A stretch of 64,000 bases of DNA. Source: an uncultured virus (IMG/VR IMGVR_UViG_3300044545_000147) (taxonomy: Duplodnaviria; Heunggongvirae; Uroviricota; Caudoviricetes). The position numbers were made by a program, and so were the translations under genes. Of this stretch, positions 10,891-19,913 are shown in pieces. Position 1 is the stretch's first letter, and the number at the start of each line of letters is the position of its first letter. The notes under the pieces are model-generated. The model did no database searches. It saw only the letters and a list, made by a program, of their open reading frames with translations, and was not told where the DNA came from. The DNA is taken from the IMG/VR virus record IMGVR_UViG_3300044545_000147. One strand, given 5' to 3'.

Positions 10891-11226
10891 ATGATGGTTG
10901 TCACAAAGCATGCAGGAAAACGCATAAAAAAAAGAGCCGGTATTGGGAAAGACGGTGTAGAAAGAATAGCAAAGAAAGCATTAAACGAAGGTATTACACA
11001 TTCACAGACCAACGGTACACTGAAAAAATATCTAGACAAGATTTATTTCAAATATCAGAATGCCAATGGTTTACGTATTTATGGGCACTTTGTGTTTGTA
11101 TTTCATGGATCTATTTTGATTACTATGTGGGCGATTCCAACTAAATTTATTGCTCATGTAGATAAGATCAGGAGGAGATTATCAAATGATCATCTTGGAA
11201 AGTGTAATGAAACAAAGGATTATTGA
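10891..11226 (+). CDS. Hypothetical basic protein (TKHA..R..KR motif, possible RelE-like fold)
   Basis: GGGAGG RBS; N-terminal motif. Confidence 0.6.
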   Translation: MMVVTKHAGKRIKKRAGIGKDGVERIAKKALNEGITHSQTNGTLKKYLDKIYFKYQNANGLRIYGHFVFVFHGSILITMWAIPTKFIAHVDKIRRRLSNDHLGKCNETKDY

Positions 11227-11318
11227 AGCTGAGAAGGAGCTTCAGTACTGCAATGGCATGAAAAAAGAATATCTGTTAAAGAGAGTAGAACATTTAAAAA
11301 AATTACTCAGGAAAGCAG

Positions 11319-11993
11319 GTGCGAATCATGGAAGAATGCTTAACTGAGCTTCAAATCAAAAAGGATAAACTAAAATTTATCGAGATGTTGGAAAATACAA
11401 AACATGCACCTGAAGAATTATTTATATATTTGCAGGATGAGACAGATTTTTATTTTGCGCCGGCATCAACGAAATACCATGAGGCCTACAAGGGTGGTTT
11501 ATGTCTCCATAGTTTAAAGGTCGCGCATTATATGAAGCCAGTTATTAAAAATTATGAGATTAAACATCGTGCGCTTACTGATGAACAATTTAATTCTTGT
11601 TTATTCTGTGCACTGCTGCACGACCTATGTAAAGCAAATTTCTATACAGTACAAATGCGAAATGTGAAAAATCAGAATACGGGGCGTTGGGAACAGAAAC
11701 CATTTTATGCTATTGACGATCAATGGCCCATGGGACATGGTGAAAAATCCGTTATGATCCTTTCTAGATTTATTGAATTGTCGGATGAAGAGACTGCAGC
11801 TATTAATTGGCACATGGGATTTTCTGATATTCGTTGTAAAGATTTTGCAGGAATGAATGCATTGTCGTTTGCTATGGAAAAATATCCGATGGTATTGATG
11901 CTTCATGCAGCGGATATGATGGCAACTTATTGGGGAAATATGAAGAGTGAAAAAGAAGAAAAGTGTTCGATAGAAAATGCTGTTCCATTTTGA
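11319..11993 (+). CDS. HD-domain phosphohydrolase
   Basis: GGLCLHS, LLHDLCK, GHGEKS, WHMG, HAAD. Confidence 0.88.
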   Translation: MRIMEECLTELQIKKDKLKFIEMLENTKHAPEELFIYLQDETDFYFAPASTKYHEAYKGGLCLHSLKVAHYMKPVIKNYEIKHRALTDEQFNSCLFCALLHDLCKANFYTVQMRNVKNQNTGRWEQKPFYAIDDQWPMGHGEKSVMILSRFIELSDEETAAINWHMGFSDIRCKDFAGMNALSFAMEKYPMVLMLHAADMMATYWGNMKSEKEEKCSIENAVPF

Positions 11994-12005
11994 AGGAGTG
12001 AAATC

Positions 12006-12197
12006 ATGATAAAAGATAATGCGCAAATTTTATTCAATTGGTGGGATTACAAAAAAGATCAGGATGAAATGAAAGTCGGAATTTACATTGAAGGACTGGG
12101 AAATAAAAGTTTTACTATTACAGACTGGACGGATTTTAAATTTAGTCTGCATAGCATGATAAGGGAAGGTAGGACGAGCCCATGTGAAAAGAAATAA
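12006..12197 (+). CDS. Hypothetical protein
   Basis: AAGGAG RBS. Confidence 0.55.
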   Translation: MIKDNAQILFNWWDYKKDQDEMKVGIYIEGLGNKSFTITDWTDFKFSLHSMIREGRTSPCEKK

Positions 12198-12281
12198 ATT
12201 TTCCGATGCTTGACGACTACCTGATATTAGATCCTTGTTGTGGAGACCGGCCGGAATTATTGAAAGAAGACGAGGTATGAA

Positions 12282-13202
12282 ATGAATAAATTTAATACTA
12301 TAGGCCTTATTAAAGCTCTTTCCAGAGGAGAAAAAGAAGATTCTAAAAAGTGGTTTGAGATAAGCATTGCAGATGAGAAAAGCGAAACCACAAAAATGGA
12401 ATTAAAAGAAATCTATAGCAAATATATGACACCCTCACAGAAAGAGATGACCTTTTTACCGGAATCAATTAAAAGATTTTTCTGCGATTATCCAGCACGG
12501 GAAATAGAAAATATATTTATAGACAAAAAGATAAAAGAAGCAGTGGAATTTCTCATCAAAAGTTTTGAAAATACAGAATTATTTAGAAAGAAAGGAATTG
12601 GTGTTCCTAATAAAATCATTATGGAAGGTCCTCCTGGAAATGGGAAAACATCACTGGCTTCCGCTATTGCTGGAAAACTTAATATGCCACTTTTTTCAGT
12701 TAATACGCCAGCAGTAATTAATTCTTATTTAGGCAAAACATCTGTCAATATTAACTTAATTATGAATCAGATTCCGCATCCGTCAGTTATATTCTGGGAT
12801 GAGTTTGATACTTTAGCAAGTAGTAGGAAAGATGAAGGTGGAGGTGCACAAAGAGAATTAAATAACATTGTAAATTCTATACTGCTTGGAATGGATAGAT
12901 TGTCTTCTGATAATGTGATGATTGTGGCAAGTAATAGGGGAGACATGTTGGATAAAGCTATTCTGCGGAGATTCTTTCTAAAATTATGGATAGGTCCACC
13001 CCAAAATAAAGAGACAGCATTTCAGTTTATCCAGTGGTGGCAATCACATACCCAAAATCCTATTTATGATACAAATAATTTCCCATTTCCTGCATCATAC
13101 AGTATTTTAGAAAATTGGTGTGTTCGTAGAGTTCAGTCACAAATACTAGGAATGGAAATTCCGGATACAGAATGGATTGGAAAGGAAAAGGACATACGAT
13201 GA
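12282..13202 (+). CDS. AAA+ ATPase
   Basis: GPPGNGKT, IFWDEFD, ASNR..LDKAILRRF. Confidence 0.9.
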   Translation: MNKFNTIGLIKALSRGEKEDSKKWFEISIADEKSETTKMELKEIYSKYMTPSQKEMTFLPESIKRFFCDYPAREIENIFIDKKIKEAVEFLIKSFENTELFRKKGIGVPNKIIMEGPPGNGKTSLASAIAGKLNMPLFSVNTPAVINSYLGKTSVNINLIMNQIPHPSVIFWDEFDTLASSRKDEGGGAQRELNNIVNSILLGMDRLSSDNVMIVASNRGDMLDKAILRRFFLKLWIGPPQNKETAFQFIQWWQSHTQNPIYDTNNFPFPASYSILENWCVRRVQSQILGMEIPDTEWIGKEKDIR

Positions 13203-13534
13203 TTTATGAATTACTGAATGTTGATGATTTTTATTCAAACGTAATCTGTAATACAGATTATGCGCTAGTTGAGTTTTCCACAGAGTGGTGCAGCCCCTGC
13301 AAACAGATGCAGCCAGTTATGAATGAAGCAGAAGGGAAATTAGGAGATAGAATTAATTTTTATCGAGTCAGGTCGGATGATCAAGTTTTTAAAAAGGCCA
13401 TCAAGGAATATCAGGTTATGGGAATTCCATTATTTATTCTATTTTTTGATGGGAACGAAATATCTCGAAGGACTGGATATTTTCCGGATAGAAAATTTAT
13501 AGCATGGTTGGAGGGGAATCTGCATGAAGAGTGA
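13199..13534 (+). CDS. Thioredoxin-family protein
   Basis: WCSPC active site, GIP cis-Pro loop. Confidence 0.9.
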   Translation: MIYELLNVDDFYSNVICNTDYALVEFSTEWCSPCKQMQPVMNEAEGKLGDRINFYRVRSDDQVFKKAIKEYQVMGIPLFILFFDGNEISRRTGYFPDRKFIAWLEGNLHEE

Positions 13535-13982
13535 AGAATATGGAAATAATATGCTACGATCTGTACGGTGGCATATTGCCAATTATTGGAGTATTAAGGC
13601 TGCTGTTAGTCAACGTCGTATGGATTGGAAAAGGCATGCAAATAATCCGACGGGAGGAATTAATGACAGCCATATCAGTGATCCTACGGCGCAGGCGGCG
13701 CTTCAAAATTTGTTACCAGTTCCATCTATTGAGATTGATGGACGCACTGTCATGCAGCCGGAAAAGTGGGTATATGTTATTGATGCGGTTATAGAGCAAC
13801 TTCCACATGCAGAGAAAAAGATCATAAAAGATAATTTTTGGAGCAAGAAAGGATGGAAATATGTTACTACGATGGACTTGATCAGCAAGGAAACATTCTA
13901 CAGAAAAAGAGACCATGCAATTTCGTTGGTGGCGATAGCAGCGGCTGAAAATGGATTAGTTCATATATTATCAAATAGATAA
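13524..13982 (+). CDS. RinA/ArpU-like late transcriptional activator
   Basis: HISDPTAQAAL, C-terminal HTH; last early gene before packaging. Confidence 0.7.
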   Translation: MKSEEYGNNMLRSVRWHIANYWSIKAAVSQRRMDWKRHANNPTGGINDSHISDPTAQAALQNLLPVPSIEIDGRTVMQPEKWVYVIDAVIEQLPHAEKKIIKDNFWSKKGWKYVTTMDLISKETFYRKRDHAISLVAIAAAENGLVHILSNR

Positions 13983-14067
13983 AAATGAAATAATTTATGA
14001 TATTGGGGATTAACGTGAAAAATTTTTACAAATCGCAGATATCCTGTATAATTTAATTGAACAGGAT

Positions 14068-14889
14068 GTGAGAAAAATGGATCATTTAAAAAGAAATACA
14101 ATAATAATAATAATTTGTATAATTTATATAATTGGAATATATGCAATAGAATTTCTTTCTAATAACCAAGGATGGAAATGGAGTGCACTTGTTAATTATT
14201 GGATCTCTTGGAGTGCATTCTGCTGGTCTGGTTTTACTTATTTTAATCAACAAAAAAACCAGAAAGACATTGAAAGAATCAAATTCTTAAATCAAAAGGA
14301 TTTGGAGACATTCAAGATGTACACCAAGCAGAAAAATGAAAGAATAGTGGATTTGTTTGGGAAAATGAATGATGCAATTATCTTTGGCATGCAGATGAAT
14401 CCAGGTGCTATATTGTTTGGCCATGAATGGCAAAAATGTACCAAAGAATATGTGGAAGAGTATTTAAATAGAATGCATATTAGTGATTATGATAGAAAGA
14501 GTATTTTAGAATGGTGGGAAAGCAAAGTCGATGCAGAACGTTCTGCACCAATATCTCAAGAGTTTAATCAATCAATTGATAATAAAGTTTATATAGCGAT
14601 ATATAATCGAGACGCAGCTATCAAACAAAATGATTTATTTCAATCGATAAATAAGGCAATCCTTTATCTACCTGATGATGTTAACGAGAAAATTGACAAA
14701 ATATGGAAAGATATTGAGATACTATATGAGCAATCTTCTCCTTCAAGTAGATACATGGATAGAGAATTGGTAGCAGCCGGTCATGAAAGTAATATGGGGA
14801 AGACAATTTCACTATCAAAACAAATACATAAAGAATTTAAAGAAACCATAGTTCCTTTATTAAAGCGAGAGCTTAAAGACTTTCAATAA
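14068..14889 (+). CDS. Moron: membrane-anchored hypothetical protein
   Basis: AT-rich, N-terminal TM segments, upstream TTTACA...TATAAT. Confidence 0.7.
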   Translation: MRKMDHLKRNTIIIIICIIYIIGIYAIEFLSNNQGWKWSALVNYWISWSAFCWSGFTYFNQQKNQKDIERIKFLNQKDLETFKMYTKQKNERIVDLFGKMNDAIIFGMQMNPGAILFGHEWQKCTKEYVEEYLNRMHISDYDRKSILEWWESKVDAERSAPISQEFNQSIDNKVYIAIYNRDAAIKQNDLFQSINKAILYLPDDVNEKIDKIWKDIEILYEQSSPSSRYMDRELVAAGHESNMGKTISLSKQIHKEFKETIVPLLKRELKDFQ

Positions 14890-15175
14890 TTAGCGCAATT
14901 GTTAGAAAGATTAGAAATTTATTCTTATAAAAAATCGGTTGAATTCGTGGTAATATAATAGTGTGAAATGGTAGGTATAGATTACGTCACAGGTCATTCT
15001 GTGGCGTTTTTGTTTGGATTTTTTATATAAATGTTCAGGGAGCTTGAATTATGTTAGCCTTGATTATGGTTATTGCAGGCGTCATATGCTGGCGCACTAA
15101 GTTTATATCGAAAAGCGTATCATCAATTCTTCTGTTCTGGGGATTGATGATTTTATTTTTTAACTGGGTGTCAAC

Positions 15176-15481
15176 ATGGTAACGACGAGACAGAAAATAA
15201 AACGGTTGACGATGGCAATCAATTTAAAATACGGATTGATTTATCTGATCAGTAAAAAGCAAGTATATAGCGAAATGAAGGAAAAAGTCTATAACGTTAC
15301 TACTTTATATGAAATGATGTCTTATGTCCGATATAAGCGATTATTTCCTATAAAAGCGAAAAAGAGAAAAGATAATAGTAAAAGAATTCGCGTCCAGATT
15401 ATGGAAACATTTAATGAAGCAGATATTTTGATTGCCTTGGCCAAGATCTACAAGGGAGGTGAAAAAGATCATGCTGGATGA
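15176..15481 (+). CDS. Hypothetical basic protein preceding terS
   Basis: ORF overlapping the terS start. Confidence 0.6.
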   Translation: MVTTRQKIKRLTMAINLKYGLIYLISKKQVYSEMKEKVYNVTTLYEMMSYVRYKRLFPIKAKKRKDNSKRIRVQIMETFNEADILIALAKIYKGGEKDHAG

Positions 15482-15911
15482 ATATGGGCTGACGCCAAAA
15501 CAGAGAGCATTTTGTGACTATTACTTGGAAAGCGGCAATTTATCCGACGCGGCGCGTAAAGCTGGATATAGCAAAAAAACAGCGCATGCAATAGGAACAG
15601 AGAACCTTCGAAAGCCTGTAATAGCCGCATATATTAAGCATTACGCAGATGCAAAAGATGACAATAGAATAGCGAAAGCAGATGAAGTGCTTGAGTTTCT
15701 GACTAAAGCTATGCGCGGAGAAATCAAAGACCAGTTTGATCTGGACCCGACATTGCAAGATCGTCTTAGAGCTGGTGAAATGTTGGGGAAACGATATGGC
15801 ATGTTCAGTGACCGCTTAAAGCTGGGCGGAGATCCCGATAATCCTACGCCGATCAAAGAAGAAATTGTTCAGGTATACCTTCCGGATAATAAGCGGGATA
15901 AAAAGAAGTAA
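15471..15911 (+). CDS. terS: Terminase small subunit
   Basis: LTPKQRAFCDYYL..N..AARKAGYS...ENLRKP. Confidence 0.92.
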   Translation: MLDEYGLTPKQRAFCDYYLESGNLSDAARKAGYSKKTAHAIGTENLRKPVIAAYIKHYADAKDDNRIAKADEVLEFLTKAMRGEIKDQFDLDPTLQDRLRAGEMLGKRYGMFSDRLKLGGDPDNPTPIKEEIVQVYLPDNKRDKKK

Positions 15912-15942
15912 TGTGTAATAGGATATGGGGGGTGATCAATAG

Positions 15943-17422
15943 ATGGCTGTATTAAAGCCCCAAAAGGGACCGCAGGAAATGTTTTTATCATCGCCTGCCG
16001 ATATAGCCATCTATTAGATACGGTGGTTCTGCAGGAGGCGGTAAAACCTATGCATTGCTGCTGGAATGCCTTCGGCACATAGATAATAAAGACTTTGGTG
16101 CTGTCATATTCAGACGAGAAGCGGCACAGATAACAAACGAAGGCGGATTATGGGACAATGCACTTGATATGTATGTGCCGATCGGTGGGACACCGAAAGG
16201 CACACCTAAACTTTGTTTCACATTTCCTTCTGGAGCAAAGATAAGCTTTGCTCACCTGCATAGAGAAGTGGATGTAAATTCCTATCAAGGTGCTCAGATT
16301 TGTCTGATCGCTTTTGATGAACTTTGTCATTTTGAAGAGAAACAATTTTTCTATATGCTATCACGTAACCGTTCCATATGCGGAGTAAAACCATATGTAA
16401 GAGCAACATGCAATCCGGATTCTGACAGCTGGGTTGCTTCTTTTATTTCATGGTGGATTGATCAGGATACTGGGTATGCCATAAAAGAACGGTCTGGGCA
16501 GCTACGCTACTTTGTACGCTTGGGCGATCAGATCAAATGGGGTGACAGCCGGGAAGAACTGATGACGGATCCCGATGTCAGCTCAGCCATGAATGAATTG
16601 GCTGATAAAACGAAAAATAACGATCCTGGTGCTTTTATTAAGAGCGTCACGTTTATTGCGTCATCAATTTATGATAACAAAGAACTTTTATCTGCCAATC
16701 CCCAATATCTAGGGAACCTGAAAGCACTGTCGACGGTAGATCGGGAAAGGTTATTGAATGGGAACTGGAAAATAAGACCTGCGGCCGGGCTGTATTTTAA
16801 ACGCGAACAGGTCAAAATTGTAAAATCTGTACCAGATAAAATTGTGTCTATTACCAGAGCCTGGGACTTAGCTGCGACTGAAATATCAGAAGCCAATAAG
16901 GATCCTGATCGGACTGCCAGTGCGTTAATTGCTAGAATGGCTAATGGACAATATATAGTACTGGATGTCATTCAGCAGGCTATATCAGCTTCTGCGGTGC
17001 GTCATGTCGTAGTTAATACCGCTAGAACAGATTATGCACAGTATCAATGCAATCATATCCTGATACCGCAGGATCCGGGGCAGGCGGGGAAGGAGCAGGC
17101 TGGAAGTTATACCCGCATGCTGGCAGCTTACAAAATTGAATGCCATCCAGTATCAGGAGATAAAATTGTTCGTGCGGAACCGTTTGCTGCTCAATGGCAA
17201 TCAGGAAATGTTCTGCTGTTGGAAGGGTTATGGAATAATAAGTACCTTGATGAACTAGAAGGATTTCCAGAGGCACTGCATGATGATCAGGTAGATGCTT
17301 CATCGGATGCTTTTAATGATGTGGCTTATGAAAGGCCGCCTATTATAGCAGAAACAAGTACTACAAATTACAATGAATTGCTGAATCCTGATTTCGAAGA
17401 TAGATGGGATGGCGGCTATTAA
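15943..17422 (+). pseudogene. terL: Terminase large subunit interrupted by 7 nt at 16012-16018 (pseudogene or recoded gene)
   Basis: Frame 1 MAVLKPQKGPQEMFLSSPADIAIY*, then frame 2 YGGSAGGGKTYALLLEC...FDEL...RATCNP...RAWDLA...HDDQVDA. Confidence 0.88.
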
Positions 17423-18176
17423 AGGAAGTGATCTTTTGTACGATGTCATTATACCAACCTACAATACAGCAAAAATGACAATGGAGTGTATTCAATCTGT
17501 TTTAAAACATAATCGTAAGGTTCATGTCATTGTAGTAGATAATGGTGATGATCAGACGAAGGAATTGATTCAGTCAAAATTCCTCAATGTAAGATACATT
17601 AAAAATAAAAACAATGTAGGATATGCCAAAGCCTGTAATCAAGGAATTTATGCTGGCCATGCGGAATATATTATATTCCTAAACAGTGATACAAAAATGA
17701 TTCATGATGGTGTACTTGATGTCATGAAAAGCGTTTTTCAGAAGAATCCGCAATGTGCTGTAGTCGGTCCCAAACTCATTAATGACAGCGGCCGGATTGT
17801 GGGATGTGGTGTGGTGGGAAGTAATGCCAGTCCTAAAATCAGAGGCTGGTTGGAAATGGATGGAAAAGATAAATACTGTACTGAGATTCAATGCATTAGT
17901 GTCTGTGGCGCTTGTATGATGATTAAACGGTCAAATATACCAATATTAGGAATGATGGATGAACACTATCCTTTCTACTTCGAAGAAACAGACTATTGCT
18001 ATAATGCCAGAGATAAGGGTTATGATGTGATCTATACGCCATTGGCGAAGGTGATCCATTATGGAGGGGCCAGCTCAAGAGACCGCATTCAGACAAATCA
18101 GTGGTTTAAAGTTGGTCAGCAATATTTTGATAAAAAGTGGTCTCATATGATGGAGGATAATACGATTTATGGTTAA
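17409..18176 (+). CDS. GT2-family glycosyltransferase
   Basis: VIIPTYN, VVDNG, FLNSD, YFEETD. Confidence 0.92.
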   Translation: MAAIKGSDLLYDVIIPTYNTAKMTMECIQSVLKHNRKVHVIVVDNGDDQTKELIQSKFLNVRYIKNKNNVGYAKACNQGIYAGHAEYIIFLNSDTKMIHDGVLDVMKSVFQKNPQCAVVGPKLINDSGRIVGCGVVGSNASPKIRGWLEMDGKDKYCTEIQCISVCGACMMIKRSNIPILGMMDEHYPFYFEETDYCYNARDKGYDVIYTPLAKVIHYGGASSRDRIQTNQWFKVGQQYFDKKWSHMMEDNTIYG

Positions 18177-18864
18177 ACTGACATGCATGATGCTTGTTAA
18201 AAATGAAGCCAAGAGATATTTGAAACAGGTGCTGACCCATATATCAAATTATGCAGACGAGATTGTTATTTTAGATGATAACAGCACTGATAAAACTTAC
18301 GAAGTCTGCAGGTCATTTGAAAAAGTGGTAAGCCTTCAAAAGGTGAAGGGCACATCATTTGGTGAAAATGAAGCAGCGCCCCGGTATCAACTCTTTCTGC
18401 AGACGATGAAAACGAATCCGGAATGGATTATTGCGTTGGATGCTGATGAACAGATGGAAAATGCATTTGAACCGGCAATTCATAATATTTTAGAGAGAGC
18501 TGGAGATAAAAAATGGTTTAGTATTGAATTTTATCATTTCTGGAATAGTATGCAATATTATCGCACTGATAAACTTTGGAAACCTGCGCAGGGACCGCGA
18601 ATATTTAAAGTTGAAGATGATATTCGATATGAATGGCTTGATAGAAAACTTCATTGTGGGAGCATTCCGCGGAATCTAACGAAATATCCGGGCACGTATA
18701 GTGGATACCGTGTTAAACACTTTGGATATGCAGATGGTCCTGAACGCACAAAGAAAAAATATGAATGGTATATCAAAAGGGATCCAAATAGTGAAATGTG
18801 TCCCCGAAGCCATTATGATTCTATGTTAGATGAGCATCCTGTTTTGAAGGAGTGGGTTGAATGA
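18169..18864 (+). CDS. GT2-family glycosyltransferase
   Basis: MLVKNE, DDNSTD, LDADE, HFGYA. Confidence 0.9.
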   Translation: MVKLTCMMLVKNEAKRYLKQVLTHISNYADEIVILDDNSTDKTYEVCRSFEKVVSLQKVKGTSFGENEAAPRYQLFLQTMKTNPEWIIALDADEQMENAFEPAIHNILERAGDKKWFSIEFYHFWNSMQYYRTDKLWKPAQGPRIFKVEDDIRYEWLDRKLHCGSIPRNLTKYPGTYSGYRVKHFGYADGPERTKKKYEWYIKRDPNSEMCPRSHYDSMLDEHPVLKEWVE

Positions 18865-19583
18865 TCGCTATAGGCTGCCCGATTCGGAATCGGGAAGGGA
18901 TTCTCCATGAGTATTTATCGGCATTGGAAAAGATTGACGGAAAGAAACAGTTCCTTTTCTTGGCCAATGACTGTATTGACAGGACTGTTGAAATTCTGCA
19001 ATCTTTTCAGCGGAGATATCCGAATACAGTTCTTAAAGTGATTAAGTCAAATGATGATGATATTCCGACCACAGAACGATCTAGGACAGGGTATGCCAGA
19101 GATAATTATAAGCATCTGGCAGATCTCCGAAATCAGTTTATATCACTATTCCTGAAAGAAACAGAATGTCAGTATCTATTAAGTGTGGATTCGGATATCA
19201 TAGTGCCTCAGAACATTGTTTCAAAGCTTAAACATATTGTGGATTCAGATAAATTCCGAGGAAGGTACCGTATAGCGGCAGCAGCCATATCCAATATTAA
19301 AGGAAAGGATCTTGATGGACATATACCTGGAAATTTTATGGTTCGGATACCTAGGACCAATCGATTCCGTCATCCATCAAGTTATCCTCTGGAAGGGACT
19401 TTTTTATGTGATATGGCTGGAGCAGTCAGTTTAATACCTAGGGAAGTTTTAGAAAAAATGGAAGCGAAAAAACATGTTTATGAAGCGCATTCACAAGGTG
19501 AGGACTGTGGATTTGCCCTCAATGTGCCGGATGAGACATATTTTATTACTCATATGGGATGCCGCTGCCAGCATAGGATGTGA
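18861..19583 (+). CDS. GT-A fold glycosyltransferase
   Basis: GCPIRNR, NDCID.T, LADLRN, VDSDI, GED. Confidence 0.85.
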   Translation: MIAIGCPIRNREGILHEYLSALEKIDGKKQFLFLANDCIDRTVEILQSFQRRYPNTVLKVIKSNDDDIPTTERSRTGYARDNYKHLADLRNQFISLFLKETECQYLLSVDSDIIVPQNIVSKLKHIVDSDKFRGRYRIAAAAISNIKGKDLDGHIPGNFMVRIPRTNRFRHPSSYPLEGTFLCDMAGAVSLIPREVLEKMEAKKHVYEAHSQGEDCGFALNVPDETYFITHMGCRCQHRM

Positions 19584-19589
19584 TTTATT

Positions 19590-19901
19590 ATGATAACGCG
19601 TGAAGACAAGATTAGAGGAGTATTCAGTTATTTCCTATTAGCACTTGGAACCGCTTTCTTTTCTTTCGTGATAGGTGGTTTGCTGTGTGCGGTAGGATTT
19701 TTTATTGTGGGACTTCCGATTATTCTTTTTGGTTTTATAGGCGTTTTCATTTTACCTTTTTTGGGACTGCAGCAGATTATAGGACATTGTCCCTGCTGTA
19801 ATATGACAATTCGAGCACTCAAAAGTGATCATTATGCGCAATGTCCATCATGTCATTTACCACTGAAAATTATTGACGGTAAATTTTATTACTCTGAATG
19901 A
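19590..19901 (+). CDS. Membrane Zn-ribbon protein, paralog of 2049-2516
   Basis: Hydrophobic hairpin + CPCC/CPSC, aligns with the C-terminal part of 2049-2516. Confidence 0.7.
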   Translation: MITREDKIRGVFSYFLLALGTAFFSFVIGGLLCAVGFFIVGLPIILFGFIGVFILPFLGLQQIIGHCPCCNMTIRALKSDHYAQCPSCHLPLKIIDGKFYYSE

Positions 19902-19913
19902 GGAGGCGGGTAA

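Noticed and set aside
12282..13202. IetAS-like toxin-antitoxin or AAA-protease defence system
   Set aside because: No adjacent S8 protease gene.
16012..16018. TAG reassignment or simple read-through, or a self-splicing intron in terL
   Set aside because: Reading through TAG stays in the wrong frame and hits TAA shortly after; 7 nt is far too short for a group I/II intron.
16055..17422. terL starting at TTG 16055 as in the ORF track
   Set aside because: It would lack the Walker A and adenine-binding motifs, which lie upstream; RBS spacing is poor.
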